Shown here: positions 40,691 through 54,957 of the stretch, one piece after another
How the letters are laid out: the number at the start of each line of letters is the position of its first letter
How positions within the stretch are numbered: the stretch's first letter is position 1
Assembly (NCBI GenBank): GCA_002633005.1
Contig: NMRA01000489.1
Span: 260,727-324,726 of the forward strand
Origin: Phoronis australis
Taxonomy: Eukaryota; Animalia; Phoronida
Length of the DNA: 64,000 nucleotides
Direction of reading: 5' to 3'
Notes under the pieces: model-generated
Told to the model about the DNA's origin: nothing
The model's input: only the letters and a program-made list of their open reading frames with translations
The model's database searches: none
Program-made: the position numbers and the translations under genes

Positions 40691-42495
40691 ATGGAAACGT
40701 GCACGCTTGCCAATTCATCATGTCACTCCCTGACATAACTAATTTGGTTGTTAAATGTTCATATTTCGAGATAAACTATAAGAAGTGAGGGATAATTTAG
40801 CGGTTTATCTAGACTAACCTGTAACCAGACTGGAAGCAGACGTAAGATATGAGCACACCCAAGACTGCATCTGATTGCCATATTGCTGGCAGTCTTATCA
40901 ACTACCTTATACAGCTTTAGATTACAATGACTTTTCTGCATACCACAGCAGTCGTCAAAAAGAATACATAGTCACTAAATAGTATAAACGTAACAGATTA
41001 CTGTTCGCAAAATGTGAATAGCAATTTTTCGGTTTTCGACAATTTGGAAGTATAATCAATCTTATGAAGGCTGCATTACATGTAGACACTTCAAAATGAA
41101 GTGTGTGTCCTTGGCATATTTTACATTTACCCAACTAGAGGCCTATTAAACCTGACATGCAACAATATATACTATACTCCCTCAGGCACCAGCATAGCTT
41201 GGAAGACACTGTCTTATAACTAATACTTGATCCAGCTATCAACATTAAAAAAGGAAGGAACTAAGGGACATGAAATCAAAAAACATGCTTACAGTTGGTA
41301 CATATACCTAATGGTATCTTTCCCTAAATGCAGTGACCGTAAGCACCATTTTTAATTTTACATCCTGCAAATACAGAATTTGTTAAATGCAATACACTTT
41401 TCATTGTTCAGTCTTTATTCCGTTACGTTCGTACTTTCGGAACAAAACTCTACTCTCAAAAGTATGAACGTAACGGAATAAAGACTGTGAACAATGAAAA
41501 GTGTCATGCGTTTAACAAATTCTGTATAACCGAAAACTTGCTCCCGAAGTACAGCCAATCCTTCAAATAATGGAAAAAATACCTCAACTTGGAACAATTC
41601 TATTTTTCACAGGCTTTGCATGTCGCTGCAAATGCTGAAAATTTTACCAAATTTTGTTGGTGATAGCTATAATGTACAAACTGTGATAAAAGCAAAGTAA
41701 AATTTTAAGAAAACAATATTTTTGATGAGAAATTACACAAATGAAATTCATGCGATGGATACTCAAACATTATAGGCCTCGAGATTTTCACGAGATAAAA
41801 ATCATGTCTGGATTTCATGTTGATCGATCGAAAAATGCAATTTGTAGCATCCATACAAACAAACAAAAACTTCACGACAAAGCAACATACATGCCTTTAG
41901 AAAAATTTCATTTCGCCAAGTAAAAACCTTCAAATGCAGTCAAATGGTCAAATTTGTGCCATAACAAAAATTGTCGGAGGACCTTAATAAGCCAACGAAC
42001 ACAAGAGTATCATGTAATCAGTGTATGTTTGAATCCATCAGACACTCGCATGAATGAAGCTTAACGTGCGAGTAGGTTGGTGTAATCTATGAATGGGTTC
42101 AAAGGCTTGATGTTGAGTTCAACAGTCGTTGTCTTCCCCAGGCCTCATGATAATTCAGCTCTGTTTATTTTGTCAATTATAATCAGAAGCATGTTGTTGA
42201 GAATCTGTACCAGTTGCAGTATGCTTGCAAAGGATTTCAGTCATATTGGTTTTGGACTTGTGGGACTTCACAACGGTAACTATGGTGGGCGTGGCCTGTT
42301 TTTCGGAACTAACCATCATATCCCAAACTGAAAAAGTTTTACCTTTTTAACTGCTTTGGTCAGTAATTGCTTCCTTCTCTTATAGCCAACCTTCAAAATA
42401 CACTGCACACTAATGAAACCCTCCAAGCACACTGAACTCACCCCATCAGGGACCCTAAATGTATCAATAGACACTGCTGCATGCTTTCCACTCAC

Positions 42496-42731
42496 CTGAT
42501 TCACCACTATTATTGCATAGTCTAGTCTCTGCTTCTGCAGCAGATCATGCACATTATGTAAGAAGACCCGCAAGTGTGCTTCCCTATTCCTGTATGGGAT
42601 GACTATGGCTACTTTGTGCTCTGCCTTGCAGTTCTTTGGTCTCCACCGCCCCCCGGGCTCCAGTTCTGGATGTAGCTGGGCCAGCTCGTCCAGGCTTGGC
42701 ACATTCTCAGTGAATACTTTGATACGACCAA
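42496..42731 (-). CDS. bre-4: GT7 glycosyltransferase, coding exon 2
   Basis: Reads VGRIKV...LEPGGRWRPKNCKAEHKVAIVIPYRNREAHLRVFL...LQKQRLDYAIIVVNQ (GGxWxPxxC and PYRNR motifs). Splice sites ttgtag| and |gtgagt. Confidence 0.95.
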
Positions 42732-42923
42732 CTACAACACAAGTGGAAAGTTATTAAATGAACATTTTCATGTGATCGCTTGTAGCTTAAGTCACAGGAC
42801 TGGAGCGTTGTTAAGACAAAAAAAGGTTTAGTTGGTTTGGATCTCTACCTGGACTCTTTTTGAGGTCTGTGCTAACTGACTAAAGGATAAAAAATAGCCT
42901 GTCTGCAATTTCAGCAAAGCTTT

Positions 42924-43136
42924 TTTTAATAATTATGAACACAGCCCCAGAAACAGCTTTCAGAATCCAGGTTCTCATTCACTCCCTTACACACATTCTC
43001 TAGTAAAACCGAGCTCAGAGGAGTAGAAGACACTTTTGTGCAATGTTTGATTGTCTGCCAGTAAAGCCAGGATTTGAACTCGAGTCTCCCGAACGGGAGT
43101 CCGCAGTTCAAACTACTGAGCCACACTGTCTCATCC
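42924..43136 (-). mobile_element. tRNA-derived SINE, copy B
   Basis: Minus-strand tggctcagtag and agttcaaatcc boxes. Shared gagctcagaggagtag...tttgtgcaatg body and AT-rich tail. Confidence 0.78.
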
Positions 43137-43629
43137 AAGGTCTTGGGTTTCTTTTTGAAAAACTGCACAAGGGCATGCAAGGTTCAAAACGCTATATTTT
43201 TGAAACTCTTTGGCAAGCAATGAGGAAAAATACTGCATCATTTTTGCTCGTTACATGGGGATTTTCATTTTTGAAAAAGTAGGCATTACACAAAAAATAC
43301 TGCACCACTGACCAAATTCTCCAAACAAAAACAGCCCAGAATCAGTTAATATGCTGTTTTTGGACTTAATGAACATTTTGACTTGATCAACTACAAAACA
43401 AGACAGTGAATGGTTGGATAGTTCAAGAATTAGAGACGTGACAACAAAGGATATATCAAGTGCAGTGTCCTTGAAGAACATCTGGATATGACAAGGTGCA
43501 ACACATAAGTCATGGTCATAGACTATAATGTGCATACAAATTAGTCAAGTCACAGGTGAAAATAAATGAACATCCTGATGTGACCAATTACAATTTAAAG
43601 GTTGCAGGTGGAGAGCTGTCAAAGAAGGT

Positions 43630-43961
43630 AAACATTCTCCAGTTTAAGAGTCTCTAAAATTTGAAACACTGAAATTCATGCACAAAATGAATTTTCTTGA
43701 TTCTAAAAACTGAAGCATGGGCGATTTCGGTGTTTATCATTTCTCAAATTTTGGGCACTGCATTTTTTATCGACAGTCTGGAAACAGACTTGGCAGTAAA
43801 CAAAATAAATGAAAAAAACTGCCAACACAACCTTTTCAAGCATCCTCACAGTGCGTAACATCCAAGTGAATCAATCAATATTGCATATTTATAAAACTTG
43901 GTGCAAGTTCTGACCTTGAGCACAATAATTGTTTCTCACTGTCCCAAACTGGAGAATGTTT
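43630..43961 (+). mobile_element. MITE with perfect 16-bp TIRs
   Basis: aaacattctccagttt / aaactggagaatgttt. Confidence 0.72.
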
Positions 43962-45004
43962 TACAAAATAAACATCTCAATGTGACCAATTACAACACAT
44001 AAAGTTGAAGGCCTTTTAAAAAGAACTTCATATGGAAGGCATTGTAACCAAGAAGGGTCTAGACGCTAAATAAGCAAATATTTCCTTTTTTTAAATAACT
44101 GCAGGAGTATTGTCTGACTGCGAAGAAAATAATTACTTTGAACAGTATTAACATAAGCTGTCCTCCCTTGTGATACTAAACACACCTGACTGGTTCTACC
44201 TGAAGACAGTGACACCAACAACAAAAGAGAGTAAGAACAGATTTTTATATTTGATACAGCACAGGATATTGCTCTGCTTTCAGTGCTTTTACTTCAAGTA
44301 TAAAACGCCTTGTATAACCATGATGACATTACCGTGGTTATGTCTACGTGTAATTGAGCCAGAGCACAGCTGGTAATTATTTCTGTCTTACCTGTACCCA
44401 TAACACTTGTGCTGGGGCAAGTTACCCAGAGTTACCATACTTCAACAAGGTGGGGTAAGTTGTCATGACATGTTGGTCAAGTTGCCCCAGCACAAATAGC
44501 GGCCACATCAGTACTAAACCTAGCAACAACTTGTCCCATAAATAACTTGTTCTAGGGTGACTTGTGTGGATGTGCATTCAATATTAACTAAGACAACATT
44601 GTATACACACCCAAAGAAAAGAAACAAGGTATCTCCTGAGCTTGACCAAGACTGCACTACGCTCACGCAAGAAGCGATGTTAAAAAAATACTTGAAATAT
44701 TTTATTTGCAAGGATTCTATAAAAGTCTTGCTGTGAAGAGCCCAAATCTCCTAACCATGAGTTGTGATGTCATATGATTAAGATACAACACATGGTGGGA
44801 GATTTGTAAAACAGTTACTATACATGACAAACTAAAAGTCATTAATCACTAGAGTGTCACATGAGAGATCAAGTAGAAACAAACAGCACTTCCGAGTAGT
44901 TTGACTGAAACAAAATTTAGACAAGCCTTGTTCCTGCCGCCAGTGTGCAGTTGGCTTTGTGCAAGCCCAATACGACATTCAAGTTCCTGACTGTATTCAC
45001 TTCA

Positions 45005-46127
45005 TTATTACTTGGCAAAATAAATTTCGCCAAGTATGTTGCTTTTCCAACAAGTTTGTTTTTTTCTTTTTTTTTTGTTTGTTCGCACGATACAGGTCGC
45101 AATTTTCGTCCGATCACCACAAAATTTACACATAACACGTAGTTCCGGAAGTACTGGAAGCCTATTGTTTTTCGTCATAATCGGATCCAAGATGGCGGCT
45201 GTGGCACTATGCAGATGTGCACTACATGTATACTGATAATTGTTTACTTACGTTCAAAGACAGTGGAAACATTGGCACTGGCGCATGCGCACCTCGATTT
45301 CGGGGAAAAAATTAACGTTTTTTCTTGTAGAGGGCACATTATAAGGCCAATTCCTTTGAATTTTAAGAGATATTTTCTTCTGACATGCTATTATATAAAG
45401 CCAAAAAACCAGAAGTTGCTTTCAAGATGGCGGATCTGGCGCATATTGACCCATTTTCAGTCGTGCTGAGGTGCCATTTAAACGGGAGGAGGAAATGACG
45501 TGAATTTTTCCATGTGGATTCTCTGAGGTATACTGTCTCTTTCAAATGAACTGTATTTTTTCTCAGACTTACTGTTTTCGAGTTATTTGACTTTGAATTT
45601 CTTTAAAAAAAGCAAATTTCATTTTTTTCGAAAAATTTACGGAGTTGCGTGATACTATCAATTTAGATAGTAGTTTTGAACTGACTTTCAGATGATATCT
45701 TTCATTTTTGCTAGGACATCTACTTTTTGAATTATTCGAGATTTTCTGATAGCATTTTTCCTTTGTTGAGCGCTCTTACTGCCTTGATGTTGGTTTAGCT
45801 TCTATAGAACAAGACTGTAGCCTATTTATTACTGATTTATGACATCTAAGTGCGTCATAAGAATGTTATGATGTTGTGCAGCATCATCACCATCGTCATC
45901 ACATTCGTCATCTTCGTCATCATCTCCGTCGTCGTCTTTTCAGTTAATTTCGCCAAGTGTCGCTCAAGACTGCAGCCTGATGTCTGGCCTCTACGTTCGT
46001 CGTGTGAATGTTATCATTACTTGAATTGTTCATCATCGCCACCATCAGTGTCATATTCGTCATCATCTCTATCGTCGTCTTTTCTGTTAATTTCACCAAG
46101 TGTCGCTCCTCGGAACGCTTTCATTTG
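45005..46127 (+). mobile_element. Helentron/DINE-1-like element, family 2, copy B
   Basis: 5' ttattacttggcaaaataaatttcgccaagta palindrome, gttt microsatellite, and 3' ttcaccaagtg plus hairpin cgctcctcggaacg then ttt. A short related end lies at about 41740-41926. Confidence 0.8.
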
Positions 46128-47406
46128 GAAAGTCACATCAGTCAACATGCCTGACAGGTGTCATTACTTTACATCATACATTTATGTAATGCTGCAAAAC
46201 CAAAATACGGCATTACTTTTCAAGCCATTTAAAAATTAATGCTGTAACGAATACATAAAATGCTGCTTGTTTATTTGTAACTTTGTCTCTTCTATGTACA
46301 TATTACACAATTCTAAATATCCTATAGACCTAAGCAGTGTACACATGAAGACAAGTGCCCAGTATGTAGGACAAGTTTTGAAATTTTAACAGCAGGTTAG
46401 TGAACACAGGGACTAGGTTTATATAAGAATTGCCATCACGAGACACACATCAACAGGGCAAAATTATGATGTGATGTGGTGTCCCTGAGTTCAGGAAGCA
46501 GCTTTTGTTGCCAAGTCATTCAAAGTCATATTTATTGCCAGTCAAAAGCCAGGACATGGCTGTCATAAAAATAGTTGAATGTCTTCTCTCTTTAAGTACT
46601 AGACAATCTAATTTGAGACAAGAACATGCCATTTTTAATGAAAATACCGTACTGCAACTACTGCCGTAGTAGCAAGTTTATTCAAAATCTGAAAACCAGA
46701 GTTCCTAATCAATACCTCAATCTTCCACCCCAATGGTTCCCCATCTGCTGAATAAATCGTTTGTTCATTAACATGTTGGCATATAACGTATTATGTACAT
46801 AGTTACAGATTTAATTGCTGACATTTAAACCCAGGTGTGTCGACAGTGTCACTACTCAGTTGTCTACATACTGTTTCCATGCATTGCACCCAAAAGGTAA
46901 AATATCATTGATGTAGGACACAATATGGAGATATGCGAAATTTTATTTCCTCATCTTTTACCCAAAATTAAATGTTTTCCACATTAATAACTTGTACCTT
47001 AGTTACCATAGATATCACCAGGCTATATTCTGAAAATTGTTGGGCACTTACAACAATGTTAGAGGCAATTAAAAAATAAAAAAGAACAATTCTGACCATT
47101 ATTTTTGTCAGAAAATTGGTGAGATTCTACTATAATTAACTTCTTTGACAATATTGTCAATTATCGAATTGTATTGTCTCACTTAATCAGCTGCCTCCGT
47201 TGCCAAAGATCACATTCAATAACTTTTCAATGCTATTAATTTTTGGCACGATCATAAAACTTCTTAATAATAGGAAATCCTAGACGAACACTGAAACTTA
47301 TTAAGTGCAGAAAGGAAATGCATATTTTCTCAGAAAACAAGATTTTTCATGGAGATTGCCATAAGTAACAGCATGATTATTTTCACACGAAACTTTTCAA
47401 TTCTGT

Positions 47407-47480
47407 ACATTTGACTGGCACTGCACATTTGACTGGCACTGCACATTTGACTCGCACTCTACATTTAACTCGTACTGTAC
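47407..47480. repeat. 18-bp minisatellite, 4 decaying copies
   Basis: Unit acatttgactggcactgc. Confidence 0.88.
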
Positions 47481-47494
47481 AAATTAATTCTTAC

Positions 47495-47828
47495 CTAACT
47501 TAGGCAACAGGCACACTGGCAAGTCAGCTGATCCGTTCTGTGAAGTTGTCACTGGTGTGGGTCCATTGGATGCTGACAGAGATTTAGCAACTGAATTTAA
47601 GGGTTGGCCAGTGACTGGGTTAGATTTAGCCTCTGAACTTGCACCGCTGCCATCTGTTGGCCAGCTACTGTTTTTGAGTGACGTATCAACGAAAAGAACT
47701 TTCTTGAACGAGTTGAAGCTCAGTGTAGCAAAGTTGAAGTTGTTGTACACGAGGAAGCTGACAAAATACTGTAGGCCGATGACAGCAAGGAAGATGACAA
47801 AAATAGCGACTTTGACCTTGGGTGACAT
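47495..47828 (-). CDS. bre-4: Beta-1,4-N-acetylgalactosaminyltransferase / beta-1,4-galactosyltransferase (GT7), exon with type II TM anchor and stem
   Basis: MSPKVKVAIFVIFLAVIGLQYFVSFLVY (short basic tail plus TM), S/T-rich stem, then LPVCLLPKL. Donor g|gtaag, phase 1. Upstream acceptor ttgtag| at 47853. Confidence 0.85.
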
Positions 47829-49382
47829 CCTGGATGGACACCGCTTGGCGAGCCTACAATGACAACCATTGAATGTAGTACAAGAACAACTGTATCAGTG
47901 ATCTCCAAACTGTTTGACCTGTCACTGCATCGAGTTTGAATTTGCCGTGACGAGTTTGGCTTGCTTACTTGTGTCAAGTCAGGAAAATCTAAGCAACAAC
48001 TTAGAAATTTTGGGAAATTAGTAACTTCTTATAATCAAATTAGGACATTTTGGTCCAATGGATTTATTAAAAGACTTAACATACGTACACATACTCACCA
48101 AAGTATGGACATGTCCTTTCTAGTTTTCAAACATGTGCATGAATTTTGTAATTCCAGTTGAGATTGAATTTTCTGATGTAGCGAATACTTTTACACACGA
48201 ATTTTAGCCTGGGTCGTAATCATTGATTTGTAGAGGAGCTCAAGTAGACACATAAATACGCCCTCACTTGCAATTGGGGCATATGTCTGTCAGGCTATAA
48301 AAACACATAGATAATCCGATTAATTATTCCTCACCAGTCCATAGATAGGTATTACAATGCAAGTTACACTTGAAACTTAACTAAATTCAACAAAAGGTTT
48401 TCACAAGAAATTTGCTACCTGGCAAGGCTGGCATCAGGTTTGTCAAGTGACACACACAAGTCAATTAGATCATTCAGTATTGAATAGCTATCATGCGACG
48501 ACCCATGAGCTAAGGCAGCAAAGCATGATTGTACCTACACTACACCACATCTTCTTGAACAGGCAACAGAACTTTATCAGGCTTTTGTTAGATCGTATTC
48601 CAATTACTGTCCACTTGTTTGGCATTTAAGTGCTGTTTTACAGGCAGAAAAATGGAAAAGATTCGGTTTTGTGTCCACAAGTTTGTGTTTAATGATTACC
48701 AGTCGCCTATTCAGCTTGGCTACCAAGGACAATTACTCCATTCCATTAGTGGCTCATTGAATGATGCGGCTAGCTTTAGAAAGTTTTAAAACACATCCAC
48801 CATGTCCGTCCTCTAAATTGCTTCATATTCCCCTCGATCATCCTATAACTTCCAGGAACAAAATGTCTCATTTGTCTCGAGAGTTCGTTATCTATTTACA
48901 CCTCAAACTGCATACACAATCGAGGTGTTTCTCTGTGGAAAAAATTGCCTGAATCATTCACATGTTGTAATGACCCGATAAAATTTAAATTCCTGCTGAA
49001 AATTCATGTCAAAACCCAATTACCGGTAGGTTTCTTGACTGAAGGGCAAGTTTCAATTACCCCATTCCCTGCCAACACAATAGAGAGCCATCTGGCTAGC
49101 ATCATAACATGCTCCAACTGAACAGAACTACTTGTGCCCTTTTCTTTGACCCAGATCTTCATAAGGAGGAAAATAACCAGGATCATCATATGGAGGACAA
49201 TCAGAAACCTCTTGTATGGTAGTTACATTGGCTGAGAACATGAATTTTGACAAACTGACACATCCCAACAGGTTGGTTGTACTTACATTGCAATTATTTT
49301 AAATGAAATAAAGTAATTTAAAAGATAAGCAATATATATAATCCCATAGTTTTTATTTTCAAAATATACTAATACATATATG

Positions 49383-51725
49383 GAGTGGCGGATCTACGTT
49401 TTCAGTAAGAGGGATTTAGGATTCCCGCAAATGTGCGTGGCGCCGAGCGGGGGGGAGGTTTCCCCCTCTCCTGTGTAAGACATTGTTTTGTATAGTGAAA
49501 TTTCCATGCATCCTGGTAAGTTTCTGGCACTTAACATATGTCTCTGGAGTTTTTCTTAAGATAATTAAAAACTCTTCTCGATTTCGTCACATGAACTTGG
49601 CTCATAGGTTTCGTGAAACCATATTGTGCACATCTGGGTATGATTCACGCCGCCAGCAAAATTTTTTGTTGGAACATCTCCTTACACACACCTTTTTTAG
49701 CATATGAAAAGTCGTATACGAAAAGGTGTGGTGTGTATACAGGGGTTTAGACAACTTCCAAATATTCAAGAGCATAAGGAGCACCGAAGGGGCGTAAAAA
49801 CTTGAATATCAGATGATCGCAACAGCCTCAAGCTGTAAAAGAACGAAGACCTCTACTGTTAGTCCGGAAATAAAAATGTGTTCTGTCTCGTTACGAGAAA
49901 ACTGGAGAACGATGGTGCTCTCAGCTCATAGTCTATTATTAAAAGCGATAATAAATAATTAAGTATCACTTTATTAAGCTGAATCGGGTAGACAACATTT
50001 GAAAAATGTCAAATGTTTCAGCAAACAAATCATCTAAAAACAGTTTCACGAAACCAAAACATCCTGTGCACTGTGGTGAAAAGATATACTGGGCTAGTTT
50101 GCAGAGGGACCAGATGTACACTGAGAGTACACAAAAAGGCTGACCTGGTAAGTCACGAGACCAAGAGTACACCTGTGGTTATTATCCCTATAAAAATAGT
50201 CGATCTGTCACGGGACCAAAAAGTACTGGCTGAGATAAATAGTTTTACAAAGCACACTTTGGTAAAAAAATCACAAGACTAGTTCGCCAAGGTAACAGAA
50301 GTACACTGAAACTCAACATCTACACATGCCAAGCTGGCCTGGTCCGTCGCGAGACTTACAAGTGTACTATGCAAAAAATTTTGTTTGAATTTGAAAACTT
50401 CTCTCTAGACACTTTTTAATCCCCAGTGGTTACTCATACATTAGTCCTATCCTTCCGTTGTCTAGACTGCCGAGGAATCTGTATATCGGATCCAATGATT
50501 TGCTCATTTTGGAACCATTCTGCCCAGATATCTTCGATGTTTGTTCCCAATGCTTGCACTTCGACAACTGCTGTGTCAATAAGCTTGTAAGCCTCTACAA
50601 TGTCAGCATCTCGTTTTGCAGCTCAGTTGGCACTAATAAGGCCCTTGAAGTTGCGAAGTCCATTCAAAAAGATTTACATGCACAACAAAATTTGATCCGT
50701 TCGTCATGGACTACTTCAATCCTTGACGATGTATCCCAGGACCTATTTGCATCTCTTGCAATTTTCGAAATAAACGTCCCAATGTCTGAACGCTTGAAAC
50801 CCGAAGTACTAACATCAAATAAATGGCCATGGGCATGAACGTTTCATCGAGTGGGCCTTTCTGCGGAAATTCACAGTATAGAAGACGGCAGTGTGCTTAT
50901 TGCAGGTAGAAAGACGGTAGGTGTTGAGGTCGGAACAAGGGCTCCTTAGGAGGCCCATTGAACATCGCACGAGTTCTGAAAGACTTTGTTGTGAAAGAAC
51001 AGCCTCCCCGCAATTTCTGGTACTGTACACTGTTGGCGAATGTGGTCAGTTTGTCAGTGAGTCCCCCCTTGGTCATTCCTTGTATAGACATAACTTGTTA
51101 CAGTGTATCTTCAAACGGACTCACGACCAGACCACGGCGCCCACCACAATAGCAATTTTTCGGAAAAAGAATTTTTTCAAAAATATTACAATCATGTACA
51201 TGTGCACTGTATGATATTGCGCAAGACAACTTAACAATACATCAGTTATAAACGTGTGGAGTGTAATAGAATGACACGGCATGACAGATGAGGTAAAAAC
51301 GTTGCACGTCAATTCGCCCGAATATCAGGGTTGCGGCACCACAGTATACCCCCTAATCAAATCGAAACATATCTTAGAGTAAAGAAGCTAGTTACCTAAA
51401 GAAATTAGCTATAGAACTGCTCTTTCAGCGGTGTATCCATCTAAAATAATTGGCTACTTCAGAAGTGTCAACGGAAGCGCGCGCACAATTGATCTCCGTG
51501 CGTTTTGCCGATGAGCAACGAAGACTCAGCAATTCACAATGCAAAAAATTATATTTTCAGAGTGAACCCCCCCTCAATTTTTTCCAAGTTGGTTTACTGG
51601 GGTATACACACGCTAGCGGTGCCCTTTTTGTTTTGCTGGAGACGTTTTTATTTTTTTATCATTTTTGGGTCCTGGCCCAAGGGGTGGTTTAGACACCCTG
51701 AACTCACCCCATAGATCCGCCACTG
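49383..51725 (-). mobile_element. hAT-like DNA transposon (deletion derivative)
   Basis: TIRs gagtggcggatcta / tagatccgccactg (13/14). Flanks atatg/atctg. GC-rich subterminal blocks and a transposase remnant inside. Confidence 0.75.
50435..50870 (-). pseudogene. Decayed hAT transposase (PRKRIR/THAP12-like) fragment
   Basis: Minus-strand frames give PTR*N (cf. TRW) and, after a frameshift, RDADIVEAYKLIDTAVVEVQALGTNIEDIWAEWF...IPRQSRQRKDRTNV. Multiple stops and frameshifts. Confidence 0.65.
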
Positions 51726-51952
51726 ATCTGATAGGGAAAAGGTAACAACTTTGCCTGAGAATATAAACATGGCTGTACAATAGTCTAGTTAATAAAAAAT
51801 GATACTCAGAATCTTGTGACAGTGTGAGATCTGTTAACAAATACACAACATCTATAAGTGTTGCATATCAACACATATAAATACCACAACTTCTATTTTA
51901 CATAATATACAAGTGTTTAGGTTGTAAGATTCTAAGTTAACAAAACATGATG

Positions 51953-52240
51953 AACAAAATATTTATTATTGGGGTAAAAACAGACCAGTATCATTGTGAT
52001 TACAGGAAAAAATATGCATACCTTTAATCACATTTTTTGGGCCAAAATATGAGAACGAATTTTAAAATCAGCTCATGTGTAAACAAGGACAACAACAACA
52101 AAATACTTATTATTGGAGGTAGAAACAGACCATTACAATTGTGATAATAGAATAAACTGATGCATACCTTTAATCACATTTGTTTTTGGCCAAAAATGAG
52201 AACGAATTTTAAAATCGATGCATATGTAAACGACGGCATA
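51953..52240. repeat. Diverged tandem duplication, about 145 bp x2
   Basis: Repeated aacaaaata.ttattattgg...atgcatacctttaatcacatt...atgagaacgaattttaaaatc. Confidence 0.85.
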
Positions 52241-52679
52241 TTTATGGACATGTCTCCCAAGAAAAAATTCACAATATTCCAATCAGGTGACACAGGTGTA
52301 GAACAGACTGTACAGGTACACAAGAGATAATAAATCGAAACGTCAATCAATATTTCGCTTACACATGGGCTGATTTTAAAGTTCGTAGGCATACCTTTTA
52401 GCCTGGTATTTAGGTCATGGCAGAAATATAATTTTTCACCCCTGTACTTGATTTCATATTCCAATATAAGATAGTACATAGTTTTTTTTTTCTGATTTGC
52501 TGATATACAACCTATCTTAATGGTTCTTTTGCTTTTGCCAGCCAGTCATAACCAAAATACCAATTACAGTCAGTTAACAACTGAATAAATAGTATTAAAA
52601 AATATTCTTTTGTTCAGGCTAAAATGCAAAGATCATGACATTAAAACTATACAGTAAATCCGGCTCAAGCACCAACTGT

Positions 52680-53300
52680 TTATTTTATTTATTTATTTAT
52701 TGTAATATTTGAAATGAGGGTAACCTATTCAAGTGAAGCACTGCTTTTCTAGAGGGCCCTCAACAACAGAATGTAATACAGTAAAATATAACAGGATAAA
52801 GTAGTAAAACAGTAATTAGATACAGGTAACAAAGCAGCAATTAAAACAGGTTGATGATGATGAAACTTTGACCAAGAGAGATGAAATAAAGAAATGATAC
52901 TAAATAGTTCAAGCATGTAGAATAAAGAAAAATGACATTATTAGAAAGGTAAGGTGTTAAAATGGGTATTAAGTAAATTACCGCCACTTTTCAAAATTAA
53001 TTTTGTAGTAATTGAATTGGGCCATTTAATTTCTGGGCTAAGAGAGTTCCATATTGCAGCAGCAGCAGCATAAATAAGATCCCTTGTCCGTCTCGGATTT
53101 CATTTTTTTAAAAGAAACGTTACCAGCAACAGAAGAATGTGTAAAGTATATAGCTTGACTGCTACTGAATTTGTGGCCAAGATATGTTGAAGCAACGCCA
53201 TTGACATATCTGTTACGTGAAACAGGCAGAGAGAAAATTAATTTCTTATTATTTTAATACAATGTGAAATTTGAGATTGCATCAACTTACATAAACATCA
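52680..53300 (-). mobile_element. 5'-truncated LINE (CR1/L2-like) 3' remnant
   Basis: (ttta)n tail, a 3' motif gggtaacctattcaagtgaagcactgcttttctagagggccc, and minus-strand YAAAAAIWNSLSPEIK resembling the LINE C-terminal WNxLP motif. Confidence 0.6.
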
Positions 53301-54231
53301 GGATTACTTAATAATCACTGAATCTTCAACATTGCATTTGCTCGTTAACTTTGTTATATTTGCTAAATACAGCATTGCACACAATTTCCATCTGTCAATC
53401 CTGTGTCTGGAATTGATCAGAATGACGATGCAAACTGAATTTGCATAATTTTATCTTGATATTCAGTCCGTTTTGGAAACATTGCTATGAGCTGTGAACA
53501 CCAGTGAGGGGCACCACTGATTTGTGTTTTTTATAAACGTTGGCCCAGTTACTAGTAGGTGAAAGAACGATGCACTTGGCAGAATAATCCATTTGTGTGA
53601 ACAAGTTGAGTTCAAGCACGTAGCTGTTAACAGTCACGCATGTTTAGACGTATCAACAAATTACCTCAAAAATATTTCATCAAAACAAAAATAGTGATAT
53701 CTGATCATATCTATCATACAAAAAAGGTATGCAGTAAAATGTAGCCCTATTGACCTCCGACCTGTGGACTGTCGGTGAAGACGCCTTATATGAACTGGTT
53801 TAAAAGGATCGTGGAGACCTTCTTTTCCTACCTAGCTCATGTAATTGCATATAGAACAATTTATAATATGAACATCTTTTAAGATGTTAACTTATTAAAA
53901 TACGTTATCAGGTACATTTAAAACCAGGGGCTTACACTTAGTTACAGAAACTGTAAACCTTATAAAAATACTAACCTGCTATTCCTTTACGAAGTTTCTC
54001 AAATCTCACAAACGCATCCTCAACAGAACCAAGCAGTAAAGCTAATAACAGCAAACAAAATGCTATGGAGTCTGACTGAATGTTAGTTTCCACCCGCTGA
54101 GCAACAATGCCTCCTACAGGCAGATGTCTTCCCATATACCTTCAAACTGGCTCTCACAACATCAGCTCATTTTCCTGAAAAGTAAAATGTGACCAAGTGT
54201 AATTTGACAGCGCTAAACAAGAGCAACGCTA

Positions 54232-54957
54232 AACAAGAGCAACCTTAAGTGTTGAAATACACACACGACTGCACCACAAATGGTATGCCTCTAGGGATTG
54301 TTTATTAGTATCATAAAAATCCAGACCCATAGATGGTGCAGAACATAACATCTCCTTCAAAGGGTTAAGGAGATACAGCCAAGATGCTAAACAAAACTGT
54401 CAATAGGGGGTACCACAGCAGTCAGATCCGCTTGAAAACTAATAACAGACGTGATCTCGGCATATTTTCATAACGATCATTGAGCAGTTTTGCAGATAAA
54501 GGGACACATACTAACAAACAAGACTCGTAAATAATAAATGGCCACCAGGTGACACAGAATACCGGTAAGTCAAATTGTGTCCCAAAAAAATTAAAATTTT
54601 AAAAGGATAGATAAGAAAACACCAAAATCAGACTCAAAAGTAATAAAAATAGCCACTATGGAGCACAAACTCCATCAAATCTGTTTGAAATGAAGGTGTT
54701 GCTGTCATCTCAATAAAAACACGTGAAAATCCATGAACGAACTAGGCAGATGCAGCTCTAGACAAAGGCAAAAAAAAAATTGCGACTACAGTAGGGCGTA
54801 TACCAGTAGTCGAATCATCTATCGCCAGCTTCATAGGAACACACCTGACAAATTTCACGAAGATCCAGCAAACCATTTAGGAGACACAAACGCCTGATAC
54901 CAGACAGACATTCACCCACATTATTTGGGTGCACAAAAGCATGTGCGCAAATCAAAC
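54232..54957 (-). mobile_element. DINE-1-like family 1 copy, minus orientation
   Basis: aacaagagcaac...gttgaaatacacacacgactgcaccacaaa is the reverse complement of the family 3' end. Confidence 0.62.

Noticed and set aside
45850-46239. 129-aa ORF with a hydrophobic N-terminus
   Set aside because: Lies in the low-complexity (cat/cgt)n part of a DINE-1-like repeat.
49004-49189. Signal-anchor-like ORF as an alternative GT7 first exon
   Set aside because: Overlaps a dispersed repeat fragment also present at about 23530-23585.
50458-50838. 126-aa plus-strand ORF
   Set aside because: Antisense shadow of the decayed minus-strand hAT transposase.
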